DNA of 64,000 nt, taken from an uncultured Gammaproteobacteria bacterium (GTDB taxonomy: Bacteria; Pseudomonadota; Gammaproteobacteria; Steroidobacterales; Rariloculaceae). The stretch spans positions 1,822,224 to 1,886,223 of the forward strand of contig CAWAJM010000001.1 in NCBI GenBank assembly GCA_963782445.1, given 5' to 3'. Made by a program: the position numbers and the translations under genes. A model generated the notes under the pieces. It ran no database searches. It was not told where the DNA came from and saw only the letters and a list, made by a program, of their open reading frames with translations. Numbering within the stretch: the first letter of the stretch is position 1; every line of letters starts with the position of its first letter. This document shows, piece after piece, positions 37,098-50,529 of this stretch.

Positions 37098-38422
37098 TCG
37101 TTCATCAAGCGTGCGCCCCAATCGGCGGCCGCGGCCGCAATCGCGCCCGTATCCATGCGCGTGAGCTCGCCCTGCGCGACGAGGTGCTCGCCAGCGACCC
37201 ATACGTCGCTGACGGCGTCTCTCGAGGCAGCGTAAACCAGCTGCGAGAGCGGATCGAGAACGGGCTGCAGCGCCAGCTTCGCGAGCGAGACGCAGACCAG
37301 ATCGGCGGCCTTGCCCGGTACGAGCGAGCCGATCTCGCCGTCGAGGCCGAGGGCGCGCGCACCGCCGAGCGTCGCCATCTCGAGCGCGGCCGCGGCGGTC
37401 ACGGCGCTCGCGTCGCCGGCGACCTGCTTGCCGAGCAGTGCGGCGAGCTCGAGCTCCGACCATAGGTCGAGCCGGTTGTTGCTTGCGGCGCCGTCGGTGC
37501 CGAGCGCGACGTTGGCCCCCGCGGCGCGCAGCGCGGCCACCTCGCAGAGGCCGCTCGCGAGCTTGAGGTTGGAGCGCGGACAGTGCACGACGCTGGCGCG
37601 GGCGGCGCCGAGCGTCTCGATCTCGGTGGGCAGCAGATGCGTCGCGTGCACGGCCATGAGCGCCGGCGTCACGAGCCCGAGCGTCTCGAGCCGGGCCAGC
37701 GGCCGGCGGCGCGTCGCGGCCAGCGCCTCGGAGATCTCGGCGGCCGTCTCGTGCAGATGCATGTGAACGGGCACGTCGAGCTCATCGGCGAGCCGGCGGA
37801 CTTGGGCGAGCGTGCCGTCCGCGACCGTGTAGGGCGCGTGCGGTGCGAACGTCGTCGAGATCAGCGGCTCGCCTTTGTAGCGGTCGCGGACGGCCAGCCC
37901 CTTGCTCACGTATTCGCCCGGGCCCGTCGCCCATACGGTCGGCGCCTCGAGCACGATCATGCCGATCGCGGCCCGCATGCCTGCCTCGAGCGCCGTCTCG
38001 GCGACCGCGTCGGGGAAGAAGTACATGTCCGCGAAGCAGGTGATGCCGCCGCGCAGCATCTCGGCGATCGCGAGCCGGGTGCCATCGGCGACGAACTCCG
38101 GTCCCATCCATTGCGACTCGGCCGGCCAGATGCGCTCGCGCAGCCAGCGCTCGAGGGGCAGGTCGTCGGCGAAGCCGCGCAGCAGGGCCATTGCGGCATG
38201 GCAATGGGCATTGACGAGGCCGGGCAGCAGCACGTGGTCGGGCCGCTCGTGCAGCGCGTCCGGAACGAAGCGCCGCTCGGCCTCGGCGCGCGGCTCGAGC
38301 GCGAGGATGCGTCCGCCGTCGACGGCCAGTGCGCAGCCGGTCTCGACGCGGATCTCGGGCTCGACGGCGATCGTCCATCGGGGACAGATCAAGGCGTCGA
38401 TGCGTTGACGTGAGTTCGACAT
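37094..38422 (-). CDS. mtaD: Amidohydrolase of the TRZ/ATZ family, likely 5-methylthioadenosine/S-adenosylhomocysteine deaminase
   Basis: It has the metal-binding motifs LPGLVNAHCHAAM, VHMHLHET and TDGAASNN. The position upstream of ubiG matches Pseudomonas mtaD. Confidence 0.78.
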   Translation of the reverse strand: MSNSRQRIDALICPRWTIAVEPEIRVETGCALAVDGGRILALEPRAEAERRFVPDALHERPDHVLLPGLVNAHCHAAMALLRGFADDLPLERWLRERIWPAESQWMGPEFVADGTRLAIAEMLRGGITCFADMYFFPDAVAETALEAGMRAAIGMIVLEAPTVWATGPGEYVSKGLAVRDRYKGEPLISTTFAPHAPYTVADGTLAQVRRLADELDVPVHMHLHETAAEISEALAATRRRPLARLETLGLVTPALMAVHATHLLPTEIETLGAARASVVHCPRSNLKLASGLCEVAALRAAGANVALGTDGAASNNRLDLWSELELAALLGKQVAGDASAVTAAAALEMATLGGARALGLDGEIGSLVPGKAADLVCVSLAKLALQPVLDPLSQLVYAASRDAVSDVWVAGEHLVAQGELTRMDTGAIAAAAADWGARLMNE

Positions 38423-38698
38423 GGAGCTGGCGGTCGGTTCAGTGCCGTTTTCGGGTGCGCTTCCCGGAAATTGGCCGCAAGTATACCGGCGCCCAGGTTC
38501 CGGCGCTGGGGGTCGAGGGCCCCTCTGTGATAGAATTCCCGGGATTTTTCGAGCACCTTAGGCCCGGTTGTCGGGCAGCTTGGACGCCTCGACAACCGCC
38601 GCGCGCGAGGGCGCGCACGCACCTAACCTCGCGGTCTCACGAGCTCTCCTTGACGCGCGTCAACGTGGAGGCCGGCGGCGTTTTTTTGAGCAAAACGA

Positions 38699-41293
<2,595 letters not shown>

Positions 41294-41344
41294 GGGAGCG
41301 GGCGCCGGCAGCGCTCCCAGGGAAGGGGCCGCCACAGGACGCAA

Positions 41345-41418
41345 GGGGTCAGAGCCCTGCGTCCGCCGCGGCCCCATTGGACATGGACGAACAAAAAAAG
41401 GGCTCTGACCCCTTTTCG
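41345..41418 (+). terminator. Long-loop hairpin with a T-tract after gyrA (possible terminator)
   Basis: GGGGTCAGAGCCC (41345-41357) pairs perfectly with GGGCTCTGACCCC (41400-41412). An A7 run precedes the 3' arm and TTTT follows it. Confidence 0.4.
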
Positions 41419-41427
41419 GTGAGCTTT

Positions 41428-42510
41428 ATGAATCGAGTCTTCAATTTCAGTGCCGGGCCGGCAATGCTGCCCGAGCCCGTGCTTCGCAAGGCCCAGGCCG
41501 AGCTGCTCGACTGGAAGGACAGCGGCATGTCGGTCATCGAGGTCAGCCACCGCGGGGCCGACTTCGTCGAGTGCGCCGCGCGCGCCGAGGCGGGACTGCG
41601 CGAGCTGCTCGCCGTCCCCGATCACTATAAGGTGCTGTTCATGGCCGGCGGGGCCACGGCACAGTTCGCGGCCGTGCCCCTCAACATCGCCCCTGAGGGC
41701 TCGACGGTCGACTACGTCGTAACGGGCAGCTGGGGCAAGAAGGCCCTGGGCGAGGCCGGCCGCTATGCCGAGGTCAATGTCGCGGCGGACGCGAGCGCAG
41801 GCGGCTTCACGGAGATTCCGGAGCGCTCGGGCTGGAAGCTCACGCGCGATGCTGCCTACGTGCACTACACGCCGAACGAGACGATCGTCGGCGTCGAGTT
41901 CCACTCGATTCCGGACGTCGGCGACGTGCCGCTCGTCGCGGACATGTCCTCGACGATCCTCTCCCGGCCGCTCGACGTCGGCCGCTTCGGTATCATTTAT
42001 GCCGGCGCGCAGAAGAACATCGGCCCCGCGGGCCTTGCGATCGTCATCGTGCGCGAGGATCTCGTCGGCCGTGCGCGGCGCGAGACGCCCGGCGTGCTCG
42101 ATTACAAGATCATGGCCGAGTCGGATTCGATGTGGAACACGCCGCCGACGTTCTCGTGGTACCTCTCCGGCCTCGTCTTCGACTGGATCAAGGAACAAGG
42201 CGGGCTCCCGGCCATGGCCGAGCGTAACCGCCGCAAGGCCGAGAAGCTCTATGCGGCCATCGACGGCTCGGAGTTCTACACGAACCGCGTGCGCCTGGAT
42301 TGCCGTTCGCGGATGAACGTGCCGTTCACGCTCGCCGATTCCGCCCTCGACAAGGCTTTCCTCGAGGAATCGAAGGCCGCCGGCCTCACGAATCTCAAGG
42401 GCCATCGTCTCGTGGGCGGCATGCGCGCGAGCATTTACAACGCCATGCCGGAGGAAGGCGTCGATGCGCTCATCGCCTTCATGCGGGACTTCGAGTCACG
42501 GAGGGCTTGA
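41428..42510 (+). CDS. serC: Phosphoserine aminotransferase
   Basis: [24 protein letters not shown]...GMSV.E.SHRG..F is the SerC N-terminus. The listed ORF 40480..42510 is an out-of-frame extension over gyrA. Confidence 0.95.
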   Translation: MNRVFNFSAGPAMLPEPVLRKAQAELLDWKDSGMSVIEVSHRGADFVECAARAEAGLRELLAVPDHYKVLFMAGGATAQFAAVPLNIAPEGSTVDYVVTGSWGKKALGEAGRYAEVNVAADASAGGFTEIPERSGWKLTRDAAYVHYTPNETIVGVEFHSIPDVGDVPLVADMSSTILSRPLDVGRFGIIYAGAQKNIGPAGLAIVIVREDLVGRARRETPGVLDYKIMAESDSMWNTPPTFSWYLSGLVFDWIKEQGGLPAMAERNRRKAEKLYAAIDGSEFYTNRVRLDCRSRMNVPFTLADSALDKAFLEESKAAGLTNLKGHRLVGGMRASIYNAMPEEGVDALIAFMRDFESRRA

Positions 42511-42514
42511 GTCG

Positions 42515-43696
42515 ATGTCTTACAAAGTACAAACCCTGAACAACATCGCCGTCTCAGGCCTGCGCCGGCTGCCGCGTGACCGCTACGAGATCGCTTCGGA
42601 CATCGCGCGTCCGGACGCGATTCTCGTGCGCTCGCACAACATGCACGAGATGGAGATCCCGGCGACCGTGCTGGCCGTCGGCCGCGCCGGGGCCGGCGTC
42701 AATAACATTCCGGTCGCGGACCTCAGCCGCCGCGGCGTGCCGGTCTTCAATGCGCCGGGCGCGAATGCGAATGCCGTCAAGGAGCTCGTGCTGGCGAGCC
42801 TGTTTCTGTCCGCACGTAACGTCGTCGAGGCCTGGGACTACGTGCGCCACCTCGAGGGCACCGACGAGGAGCTGCACAAGGCCGTCGAGGCCGGCAAGAA
42901 GCAGTTCGTCGGCTATGAGCTGCCGAGCAAGACGCTGGGCGTCATCGGTCTCGGTGCCATCGGCGTGCAGGTCGCTAACGCCGCGCTGGCGCTCGGCATG
43001 CGCGTCATCGGCTACGATCCGAAGATCACGGTCCGGCGGGCCTGGCAGATGTCTTCGGGCGTCGAGCAGGCCGTGAATCTCGACGACCTGTGCAGCCGCG
43101 CGAACATGATTACCGTGCACGTTCCGCTCAACGACGAGACCCGCGGCCTCATCGACACGAAGCGTATCAAGCTCATGCCGCGCGGCAGCGTGCTGATGAA
43201 CTTCGCGCGCGACGGCGTCGTCGACGTGCCGGCGACCATCGACGCGCTCGGCAGCGGGCAGCTGCGCCACTTCGTCACGGATTTCCCGACCAATGCCATC
43301 AAGGACCATCCGAAGGCGATCTGCCTGCCGCATCTCGGCGCCTCGACGGGCGAGGCCGAGGAGAACTGCGCGATCATGGTGGCCGAGAACCTCAGGGACT
43401 TTCTGGAAAACGGCAACATTCACAGCTCCGTCAACTTCCCCGAAGCCAATCTGAGCCGCGACAGACCCTACCGCATCGCGATTCCGCATGCGAACGTGCC
43501 GAACATGGTCGCGCAGATTCTGGCGGCCGTCGCGAGCGAGGATATCAACATCAACGATATGCTGAACGTCTCGCGCGGCGAGCTCGCCTATACGGTCGTC
43601 GACCTCGACGGCCCCGCGAGCGACGGCGTCATGAAGCGCATCCGCGAGATCAAGGGCATTCTTTCGGCACGCATCGTGCCGGAGCCCGACGCCTGA
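42515..43696 (+). CDS. serA: D-3-phosphoglycerate dehydrogenase with a C-terminal ACT domain
   Basis: It has a 2-hydroxyacid dehydrogenase fold (GVIGLGAIGVQVA, HVPL, ARDGVVD, HLGAST) and an ACT-like tail. The ATG at 42515 follows a GGAGGG SD. Confidence 0.85.
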   Translation: MSYKVQTLNNIAVSGLRRLPRDRYEIASDIARPDAILVRSHNMHEMEIPATVLAVGRAGAGVNNIPVADLSRRGVPVFNAPGANANAVKELVLASLFLSARNVVEAWDYVRHLEGTDEELHKAVEAGKKQFVGYELPSKTLGVIGLGAIGVQVANAALALGMRVIGYDPKITVRRAWQMSSGVEQAVNLDDLCSRANMITVHVPLNDETRGLIDTKRIKLMPRGSVLMNFARDGVVDVPATIDALGSGQLRHFVTDFPTNAIKDHPKAICLPHLGASTGEAEENCAIMVAENLRDFLENGNIHSSVNFPEANLSRDRPYRIAIPHANVPNMVAQILAAVASEDININDMLNVSRGELAYTVVDLDGPASDGVMKRIREIKGILSARIVPEPDA

Positions 43697-43723
43697 GGCC
43701 ATGAACGAGGGAGGCGCACAGCC

Positions 43724-44830
43724 ATGAGCGAGAAGCCGGATCAGGGCGGTGCGCCTACCCTCGAGTCGCTGCGCGAGCGCATCGACGCGATCGACGCCGA
43801 GATTCAGGCGCTGATCGCCGAACGCGCGCGCCGCGCGCAGGAGATCGGGACCATCAAGGGTCTGTCTTCAACGGCCGAGTTCTACCGGCCCGAGCGCGAG
43901 GCGCAGGTGCTGCGGCGCGTCGTCGAGCGCAACAAGGGGCCGCTGCGCGATGAGGAGATGGTGCGGCTGTTCCGTGAGCTCATGTCCGCCTGCCTGGCGC
44001 AGGAGGAACCGCTCAAGGTGGCTTATCTGGGGCCCGAGGGCACGTTTACTCAGTCCGCGGTCTTCAAGCATTTCGGCCATTCCGTGCGCTCGCTCTCGAT
44101 GCCGACCATCGACGAGATTTTCCACGAGGTCGAGTCGGGCCTCGCGGACTTCGGCGTCGCGCCCGTCGAGAACTCGACCGAAGGCAGCGTCAACCACACG
44201 CTCGATATGTTCCTGACCTCGCCGCTCAAGATCTGCGGCGAGGTCGAGATGCGGATTCACCAGCATCTCATGGGCCGCATGAAGGAGATCGGTCAGATCC
44301 GGCGCGTATGCTCGCATTCGCAGTCGTTCGCGCAGTGCCGCAGCTGGCTGGCTCAGTATTTGCCGGAGGCGGAGAAGATCGTGGTCTCGAGCAATGCCGA
44401 GGCCGCGCGACGGGCGCGGGACGAGGACGGCACCGCGGCGCTCGCGGGCGAGGCCGCGGCCGACGTGTACGATCTCGATATCCTGTTCAGCAACGTCGAG
44501 GACGAGGCGGACAATACGACGCGGTTCCTCGTCATCGGCCGCAAGCTGCTCGCGCCGAGCGGCGACGACAAGACCTCGGTCCTCGTCTCCGCCACGGGCA
44601 CGCAGGGCCCGGGGGTGCTCCTGCACCTGCTCGATCCGCTCGCGCGCCACGGCATCAACATGACCCGCATCGAGTCGCGGCCCTCGCGGCGGAAGAAGTG
44701 GGACTACGTCTTCTTCGTCGACGTGGATGGCCACGCAGGCGATCCCGTCATGCAGCAGGCGCTGGCGGAAGTCGAGCGCCAGGCGAGCCTGTTCCGGGTC
44801 CTCGGGGCCTATCCGAGGGCCGTGCTGTGA
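43724..44830 (+). CDS. pheA: Bifunctional chorismate mutase / prephenate dehydratase (P-protein)
   Basis: It has the chorismate mutase helix (LRERIDAIDAEI..LI.ERA), the PDT domain (VAYLGPEGTFTQ, TRF) and an ACT domain (ESRPS). Confidence 0.93.
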   Translation: MSEKPDQGGAPTLESLRERIDAIDAEIQALIAERARRAQEIGTIKGLSSTAEFYRPEREAQVLRRVVERNKGPLRDEEMVRLFRELMSACLAQEEPLKVAYLGPEGTFTQSAVFKHFGHSVRSLSMPTIDEIFHEVESGLADFGVAPVENSTEGSVNHTLDMFLTSPLKICGEVEMRIHQHLMGRMKEIGQIRRVCSHSQSFAQCRSWLAQYLPEAEKIVVSSNAEAARRARDEDGTAALAGEAAADVYDLDILFSNVEDEADNTTRFLVIGRKLLAPSGDDKTSVLVSATGTQGPGVLLHLLDPLARHGINMTRIESRPSRRKKWDYVFFVDVDGHAGDPVMQQALAEVERQASLFRVLGAYPRAVL

Positions 44831-46180
44831 ACGCCGGCTCGCCGAGCAGCAGCCCCGGCGGCGGAGGCGCGCGGCATTTCGTGGCGCGCCCCGTCGAGCG
44901 CATCGGCGGCGTCATCGCCGTCCCGGGCGATAAATCCATTTCCCACCGTTCCCTGATGCTCGGCGCTATCGCGGAGGGGCCCACGGTCGTGCGCGGATTC
45001 CTGAGCGGAGAGGACTGCACCGCGACGTGGCAAGCGCTCGAGGCGCTCGGCGTGCCGATCCGCGCAGACGGAGACGGTACGCTGCACGTCGAAGGCGTTG
45101 GGCCCCGCGGCCTCCAGCCGCCTGCGCGGCCGCTCGACCTCGGCAACTCCGGTACGGGCATCCGGCTCATGACGGGGCTGCTCGCGGGGCAGTCCTTCGA
45201 CGTGGAGCTCACGGGCGACGCCTCGCTGCGCAGCCGGCCCATGGAGCGCATTGCGGCGCCGCTGCGTGCCATGGGCGCGCGCGTCGAGACGCTCGACGGC
45301 AAGGCGCCGATCCGCATCGGCGGCGGCGCTCGCCTCAAGGGCATCGACTATGCGCTGCCGGTCGCGAGCGCGCAGATCAAGTCCGCGCTGCTGCTCGCGG
45401 GCCTCGGCGCCGACGGCACGACAGTCGTGCGCTCGCCGGGCCCGAGCCGCGATCACACCGAGCGCATGCTGCGCACGCTGGGCGCCCGCCTCGAGATCGC
45501 CGCCGACGGCCTCACCGTCGCGCTCGAGGGTCCCCAGACGCTCCGCGGCGCCCCGATCGAACGTCCCGGGCGACTTCTCGTCGGCCGCCTTCTTCCTCGT
45601 CGCCGGCTGCCTAGGCGCCGCCGACGGCCTGCTCATCGAGAACGTCGGCGTGAATCCGACGCGTACGGGGCTGTTGACGATCCTCGAAGCCATGGGGGCG
45701 CGGATCGAGCTGCGCAACCCGCGCAGCGCCGGCGCGGAACCCATCGCCGACCTGCATGTCCAACTTTCGGATTTGAAGGGCATCGACGTTCCGCCCGACC
45801 TAGTCCCGCTCGCTATCGACGAATTCCCGGTGCTGTTCATCGCGGCCGCCGCCGCCCGTGGGCCCACGATTGTCCGCGAGGCCGGCGAGCTGCGCCACAA
45901 GGAGAGCGACCGGATCGCCGTTATGGCGGCGGGTCTCGATGCGCTCGGCGTTGGCGTCCAGGAGCGCGCCGACGGCCTCATCATCGAGGGCGGGCGGCTC
46001 GCCGGCGGCACGGTCGACAGCCTCGGCGACCATCGGGTCGCCATGGCGTTCGCCGTCGCGAGCCTGGTCAGCGACGGCCCCATCGAAATCCGGAATACCG
46101 CGCAGGTCGCAACTTCGTTTCCGGAGTTCACGCGCACGGCTGCCGCCGTGGGCCTCGAGGTCGAAGAGCGGGCGGGCTGA
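44827..46180 (+). pseudogene. aroA: 3-phosphoshikimate 1-carboxyvinyltransferase (EPSP synthase), split by a 1-nt frameshift near 45560
   Basis: The N-terminal part is in the frame of GTG 44827 (VPGDKSISHRSLMLGA...LGNSGTGIRL...) as far as LRGAPIE. Homology continues in the next frame (VPGDFSSAAFFLVAG...RHKESDRI...GDHRVAMAF...). Removing one base around GAACGTC restores I(E/D)VPGDFSSAAFF. Confidence 0.85.
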
Positions 46181-46181
46181 G

Positions 46182-46895
46182 TTGGCTTCCGAGAGGGCCC
46201 CGGTTCTCGCCATCGACGGCCCGAGCGGTGCCGGCAAGGGGACCGTGAGCCGGGCGCTCGCGAAGCGCCTCGGCTGGCGCCTGCTCGACAGCGGCGCGCT
46301 CTACCGGGTCGTCGGTCTGGCGGCCCGGCTCGAGGGCATCGACCTGGCCGACGCGGCGCGGCTCGCCGAGCTCGCGGAGCGGCTCGATGTCACATTCCGC
46401 GAGGCCGACGGCGAGGCGCGCGTGCTGCTGGGCGGCCGCGACGTGACGGCGGATCTCAGAACCGAGGCCTCCGGCGAGGCGGCGTCCCGCGTGGCCGCGC
46501 TACCGGCCGTGCGCACGGCGCTGCTCGCGCGTCAGCGGGCATTCGCCGGGCCTCCGGGGCTCGTCGCCGACGGCCGCGACATGGGTACCGTGGTGTTCCC
46601 GGACGCGCCGCTCAAGGTGTTTCTCTCGGCTACCGCCGAGGAGAGGGCCCTGCGGCGCCATAAGCAGTTGAAAAAAAAGGGGATTGATGTTAGCCTGCGC
46701 GACCTTTCCCGGGAAATTGCGCAGCGGGATCAGCGCGACGCGAGCAGGCCCGTCGCGCCGCTGGTTCCGGCCGGCGACGCGCGGGTCATAGACTCGACGC
46801 GCATGAGTCCGGAAGAGGTGGCGGACCGCATCTTGAAATGGCTTCAAGAAGCGGGTGTCATGTCGAGTCAGGGTAAACGTAATGTGCCGGAGTAG
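46182..46895 (+). CDS. cmk: Cytidylate kinase
   Basis: (M)[41 protein letters not shown] aligns with the E. coli Cmk N-terminus. The TTG at 46182 lies 1 nt after the aroA stop; the listed start 45858 lies inside aroA. Confidence 0.88.
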   Translation: MASERAPVLAIDGPSGAGKGTVSRALAKRLGWRLLDSGALYRVVGLAARLEGIDLADAARLAELAERLDVTFREADGEARVLLGGRDVTADLRTEASGEAASRVAALPAVRTALLARQRAFAGPPGLVADGRDMGTVVFPDAPLKVFLSATAEERALRRHKQLKKKGIDVSLRDLSREIAQRDQRDASRPVAPLVPAGDARVIDSTRMSPEEVADRILKWLQEAGVMSSQGKRNVPE

Positions 46896-46968
46896 GAATG
46901 CCGGCATGTGTCATCAATTGGACCGTCCGAGCAGGACGACGCTCGGGCGTTGAGGTTGCAACATCCAC

Positions 46969-48645
46969 ATGAGTGAATCCTTCGCAGAATTACTTGAACA
47001 GAGCCTGGCCCATCAACAGATGAAGCCCGGTGCGCTGCTGACCGGTACGGTCATCGACGCGAACAGCAACGTCGTAATCGTCAATGCGGGCCTGAAATCG
47101 GAAGCGGTGATTCCCGCGAGCCAGTTTCTCAACGAGAAGGGCGAGCTGGAGGTGCAGGTCGGCGACGAAGTCGAGGTGGCCCTCGATACGATGGAGGACG
47201 GCTTCGGCGAGACGCGACTGTCTCGGGAGAAAGCGAAGCGCATGCGCACCTGGACGCGTCTCGAGGACGCGTTCGAGCACAGCAAGGTCGTGCAGGGCAT
47301 GATCAGCGGCCGCGTGCGCGGCGGCTTCACAGTCGACATTGATCTCGTGCGCGCGTTCCTTCCCGGGTCCCTCGTCGACGTACGGCCGGTCCGCGATCCC
47401 GTCGCGCTCGAGGGGCAGTTGCTCGAGTTCAAGGTCATCAAGCTCGACCAGAAGCGCAACAACGTGGTCGTTTCCCGGCGCGCCGTCGTCGAGGAGGAGT
47501 ACAGCGCCGAACGCGAGCACCTGCTCAAGAATCTCGAGGAAGGGGCGGTGCTCAAGGGCATCGTCAAGAACCTTACGGATTACGGCGCATTCGTCGATCT
47601 CGGCGGCATCGACGGCCTGCTGCACATTACGGACATGGCGTGGAAGCGCGTCAAGCATCCCTCGGAAGTCGTGCACGTCGGCCAGGAGCTCGAGGTCAAG
47701 GTCCTGAAGTTCGATCGCGAACGCAACCGCGTCTCGCTGGGTCTCAAGCAGCTCGGCGCCGATCCCTGGGAGGACCTGGCTCGGCGTTATCCGCCCGGCA
47801 CGCGGCTCTTCGGTAAGGTCACGAACATTGCCGACTACGGCTGCTTCGTGGAAATCGAGGAGGGCGTCGAGGGTCTCGTCCACGTGTCCGAGATGGACTG
47901 GACGAACAAGAACGTCAACCCGCACAAGGTCGTGCAGATCGGCGACGAGGTCGAGGTCATGGTCCTCGACATCGACGAAGAGCGCCGGCGTATCTCGCTC
48001 GGGCTCAAGCAGTGCAAGCCGAATCCCTGGGCGGAGTTCGCAGAGAACTACAACAAGGGCGATCGGGTCTCCGGCCAGATCAAGTCGATTACGGACTTCG
48101 GCGTGTTCATCGGCCTGCCGGGCGGCATCGACGGTCTCGTGCACCTCTCGGACCTTTCGTGGGACGTGCCCGGTGAGGAAGCCGTGCGCAACTACAAGAA
48201 AGGCGAGGAGCTCGAGGCGACCGTACTTGCCATCGATCCGGAGCGCGAGCGCATCTCGCTCGGCGTCAAGCAGCTCGACAAAGACCCGATGTCGCAGTTC
48301 CTCGGTGATTTCCCGAAGGGCAGCATCGTCAAGGGCACGGTGCAGGAGGTCGATGCCAAGGGCGCCACGATCGCGCTCGAGGCCGGCATGACCGGCTACT
48401 TGCGCGCATCGGAAATCTCGCGCGACCGCGTCGAGGACGCCCGCATGGCGCTCAAGGTCGGTGACGAGGTCGAGGCCAAGTTTACGGGCATGGACCGTAA
48501 GAACCGCGTGCTGTCGTTGTCGATCAAGGCGAAGGAAGCGCACGAAGAGGCGCAGGCCGTGCAGAACTACAAGTCCGATGCCGGCAGGCCTTCGAGCGGT
48601 ACGACGCTGGGCGATCTGCTCAAGGAGCAGATGTCCTCGGACTGA
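46969..48645 (+). CDS. rpsA: 30S ribosomal protein S1
   Basis: The 558-aa protein has six S1 repeats and the N-terminus [13 protein letters not shown]. Confidence 0.97.
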   Translation: MSESFAELLEQSLAHQQMKPGALLTGTVIDANSNVVIVNAGLKSEAVIPASQFLNEKGELEVQVGDEVEVALDTMEDGFGETRLSREKAKRMRTWTRLEDAFEHSKVVQGMISGRVRGGFTVDIDLVRAFLPGSLVDVRPVRDPVALEGQLLEFKVIKLDQKRNNVVVSRRAVVEEEYSAEREHLLKNLEEGAVLKGIVKNLTDYGAFVDLGGIDGLLHITDMAWKRVKHPSEVVHVGQELEVKVLKFDRERNRVSLGLKQLGADPWEDLARRYPPGTRLFGKVTNIADYGCFVEIEEGVEGLVHVSEMDWTNKNVNPHKVVQIGDEVEVMVLDIDEERRRISLGLKQCKPNPWAEFAENYNKGDRVSGQIKSITDFGVFIGLPGGIDGLVHLSDLSWDVPGEEAVRNYKKGEELEATVLAIDPERERISLGVKQLDKDPMSQFLGDFPKGSIVKGTVQEVDAKGATIALEAGMTGYLRASEISRDRVEDARMALKVGDEVEAKFTGMDRKNRVLSLSIKAKEAHEEAQAVQNYKSDAGRPSSGTTLGDLLKEQMSSD

Positions 48646-48699
48646 GTCGTTCGACATCCTAGTTGGGGTTTGCCGGGGCCTGGGAGGGAAGGTCTATTC

Positions 48700-49002
48700 A
48701 TGACAAAGTCCGAGTTGATCGAGTCCATCGCACGGGACCAGAAGCACCTTCCCGCGAAGGATGTCGAGCTCGCCGTCAAGCATATCCTCGAGCTCATGAG
48801 CGAGGCGTTGGCGAGCGGCGAGCGCATCGAGATCCGAGGCTTCGGCAGCTTTTCACTGCATTACCGGCCACCGCGAATGGGGCGGAATCCGAAGACGGGC
48901 GATGCCGTCGCGTTGGCCGGTAAGTACGTGCCGCACTTCAAGCCCGGCAAGGATCTTCGGGAGCGCGTTAACGAGTCGCGCGACATGCCTGTGCGCAGCT
49001 GA
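48700..49002 (+). CDS. ihfB: Integration host factor subunit beta
   Basis: The sequence reads [10 protein letters not shown]......L...DVE.AVK.ILE.M...[27 protein letters not shown]. The SD GGGAGGGAAGG lies upstream. Confidence 0.93.
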   Translation: MTKSELIESIARDQKHLPAKDVELAVKHILELMSEALASGERIEIRGFGSFSLHYRPPRMGRNPKTGDAVALAGKYVPHFKPGKDLRERVNESRDMPVRS

Positions 49003-49049
49003 CGGCGAGCCGGCGGCCGCAGCTCGGTCGGCAGCGGCCGGGAGGAGAG

Positions 49050-49358
49050 GTGGTAAGTACGGTGCGCGGCGTCCTGCTGGTCCTGGCGCTGGCCGCCGTC
49101 GTCGCGGCGGTCGTCGTCTTTACGTACGGCAATCCCGGCACGATGAGTCTCGACGTCGGCGTCGCCCGGCTCGAGCATGTGCCGATCGGCACGGCCTTTG
49201 CCGCGGCTTTCGGGCTCGGCTGGGCCGTGGGCCTTATTTCGGCCGTCGCGGCGATGCTGGCCGGGTCCAACGAACGCCGGCGCCTGCGGCGCAGCCTGCG
49301 GCGCGCCGAGGCCGAGGTTCGTACCCTACGCAACCTGCCCCTGCAAGATGCCGACTGA
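49050..49358 (+). CDS. lapA: Lipopolysaccharide assembly protein LapA (YciS/DUF1049)
   Basis: This is a two-TM small protein with a basic coiled tail. It lies immediately upstream of, and overlaps, lapB. Confidence 0.75.
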   Translation: MVSTVRGVLLVLALAAVVAAVVVFTYGNPGTMSLDVGVARLEHVPIGTAFAAAFGLGWAVGLISAVAAMLAGSNERRRLRRSLRRAEAEVRTLRNLPLQDAD

Positions 49359-50529
49359 AAGCACCTTTTGGCTCGCGGGCTTTTTGATCCTCGCGGCGGG
49401 GCTCGGCTGGGCCTTCGAGCACTTCACGCGGGAGCGCGAGGATCAGCGCCCGGACAAGATTACGGCCGATTACATCCGCGGCCTCAATCTCGTACTGAAC
49501 CGCAAGACCGACGAGGCGCTCGAGCTCTTCGTCAAGATGGCCAAGGTCGACGATGAGACGCTCGAGACTCACTTCGCGCTCGGGCATCTGTTTCGCCGCC
49601 GCGGCGAGGTCGACCGCGCGATTCGCGTCCATCAGAACCTTCTCGCGAGGCCGAGCCTCAACGAGGCCCAGCGCCATCAAGCGCGCTTCGCGCTGGCCGA
49701 GGATTACTTCGGCGCGGGCTTGTTCGACCGCGCCGAGCAACTGTTCGCCGAGCTTGCGGCGAGTCGGACTCAGGGCCAGGCCGCCCTCGAGCGGCTCGTC
49801 GATATCTACGAGCGCGAGCGCGAATGGGACAAGGCCATCGAGACGTATCGTCAGCTCGAGCGGGAGACCGGCGAGCCGAAGGGCCGAATCCCGCAGTATT
49901 TCTGCGAGCTCGCTGAGCGGGCGCGCATCGCCGGCGATCCAAAGGGTGCGGCCGCCTACCTGGACGAGGCGGACCGAGAAGGGGCCGGCGGCCTGCGGGG
50001 CTCCTTCACCCGCGCCCTGATTGCGAAGGGCCAAGGCCGCTATGAGCAGGCGATCGCGCTCTACGAACGGGTGCTTGCGGCCGATCGACGCTTCATGGCG
50101 GAGCTTCTGCCGGAGCTCGTGGCCTGCTATCGAGCCCTCGGCCGGCGGCCGGAGTTCGACGACTACGTCGATGGACTCGTGCAAAACGATCCTTCCCTGC
50201 GCAAGGATCTCGCCTATGCCGCGATCGTCGGCGATCTCGCCGAGTCGCCCGCGCTGAGGCGCTGTATAGAAGGCTTCGTCGAGTCGAACGAGGTGCTCAT
50301 GGACCTCGTGAACATCGACGACTTCCGCACGGCGAGCCCCGAGATCAGGGAGCGCACGATCAAGCGCGTCGTCAGGGGGCTGCGCCAGCTTGCCATGAAG
50401 AGCGTCCGGTACCGGTGCACGAACTGCGGCTACGGCACGCAGAAGCTCATCTGGCATTGCCCGAGCTGCAAGCAGTGGGAGACTGTGCGGCCGGTGCAGA
50501 CGTTCCAGTTCGACGCGCTTGGGGCGTAG
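49348..50529 (+). CDS. lapB: Lipopolysaccharide assembly protein LapB (YciM)
   Basis: It has an N-terminal TM helix, TPR repeats (HFALGHLFRRRGEVDRAIRVHQNLL) and a C-terminal rubredoxin-like motif (YRCTNCGY...WHCPSCKQW). Confidence 0.9.
   Translation: MPTESTFWLAGFLILAAGLGWAFEHFTREREDQRPDKITADYIRGLNLVLNRKTDEALELFVKMAKVDDETLETHFALGHLFRRRGEVDRAIRVHQNLLARPSLNEAQRHQARFALAEDYFGAGLFDRAEQLFAELAASRTQGQAALERLVDIYEREREWDKAIETYRQLERETGEPKGRIPQYFCELAERARIAGDPKGAAAYLDEADREGAGGLRGSFTRALIAKGQGRYEQAIALYERVLAADRRFMAELLPELVACYRALGRRPEFDDYVDGLVQNDPSLRKDLAYAAIVGDLAESPALRRCIEGFVESNEVLMDLVNIDDFRTASPEIRERTIKRVVRGLRQLAMKSVRYRCTNCGYGTQKLIWHCPSCKQWETVRPVQTFQFDALGA

Noticed and set aside
44308-46248. The 646-aa ORF spanning pheA and aroA as a possible fusion protein.
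   Set aside because: Its first part is out of frame with pheA. Its last 230 aa are nonsense produced by reading through the aroA frameshift.
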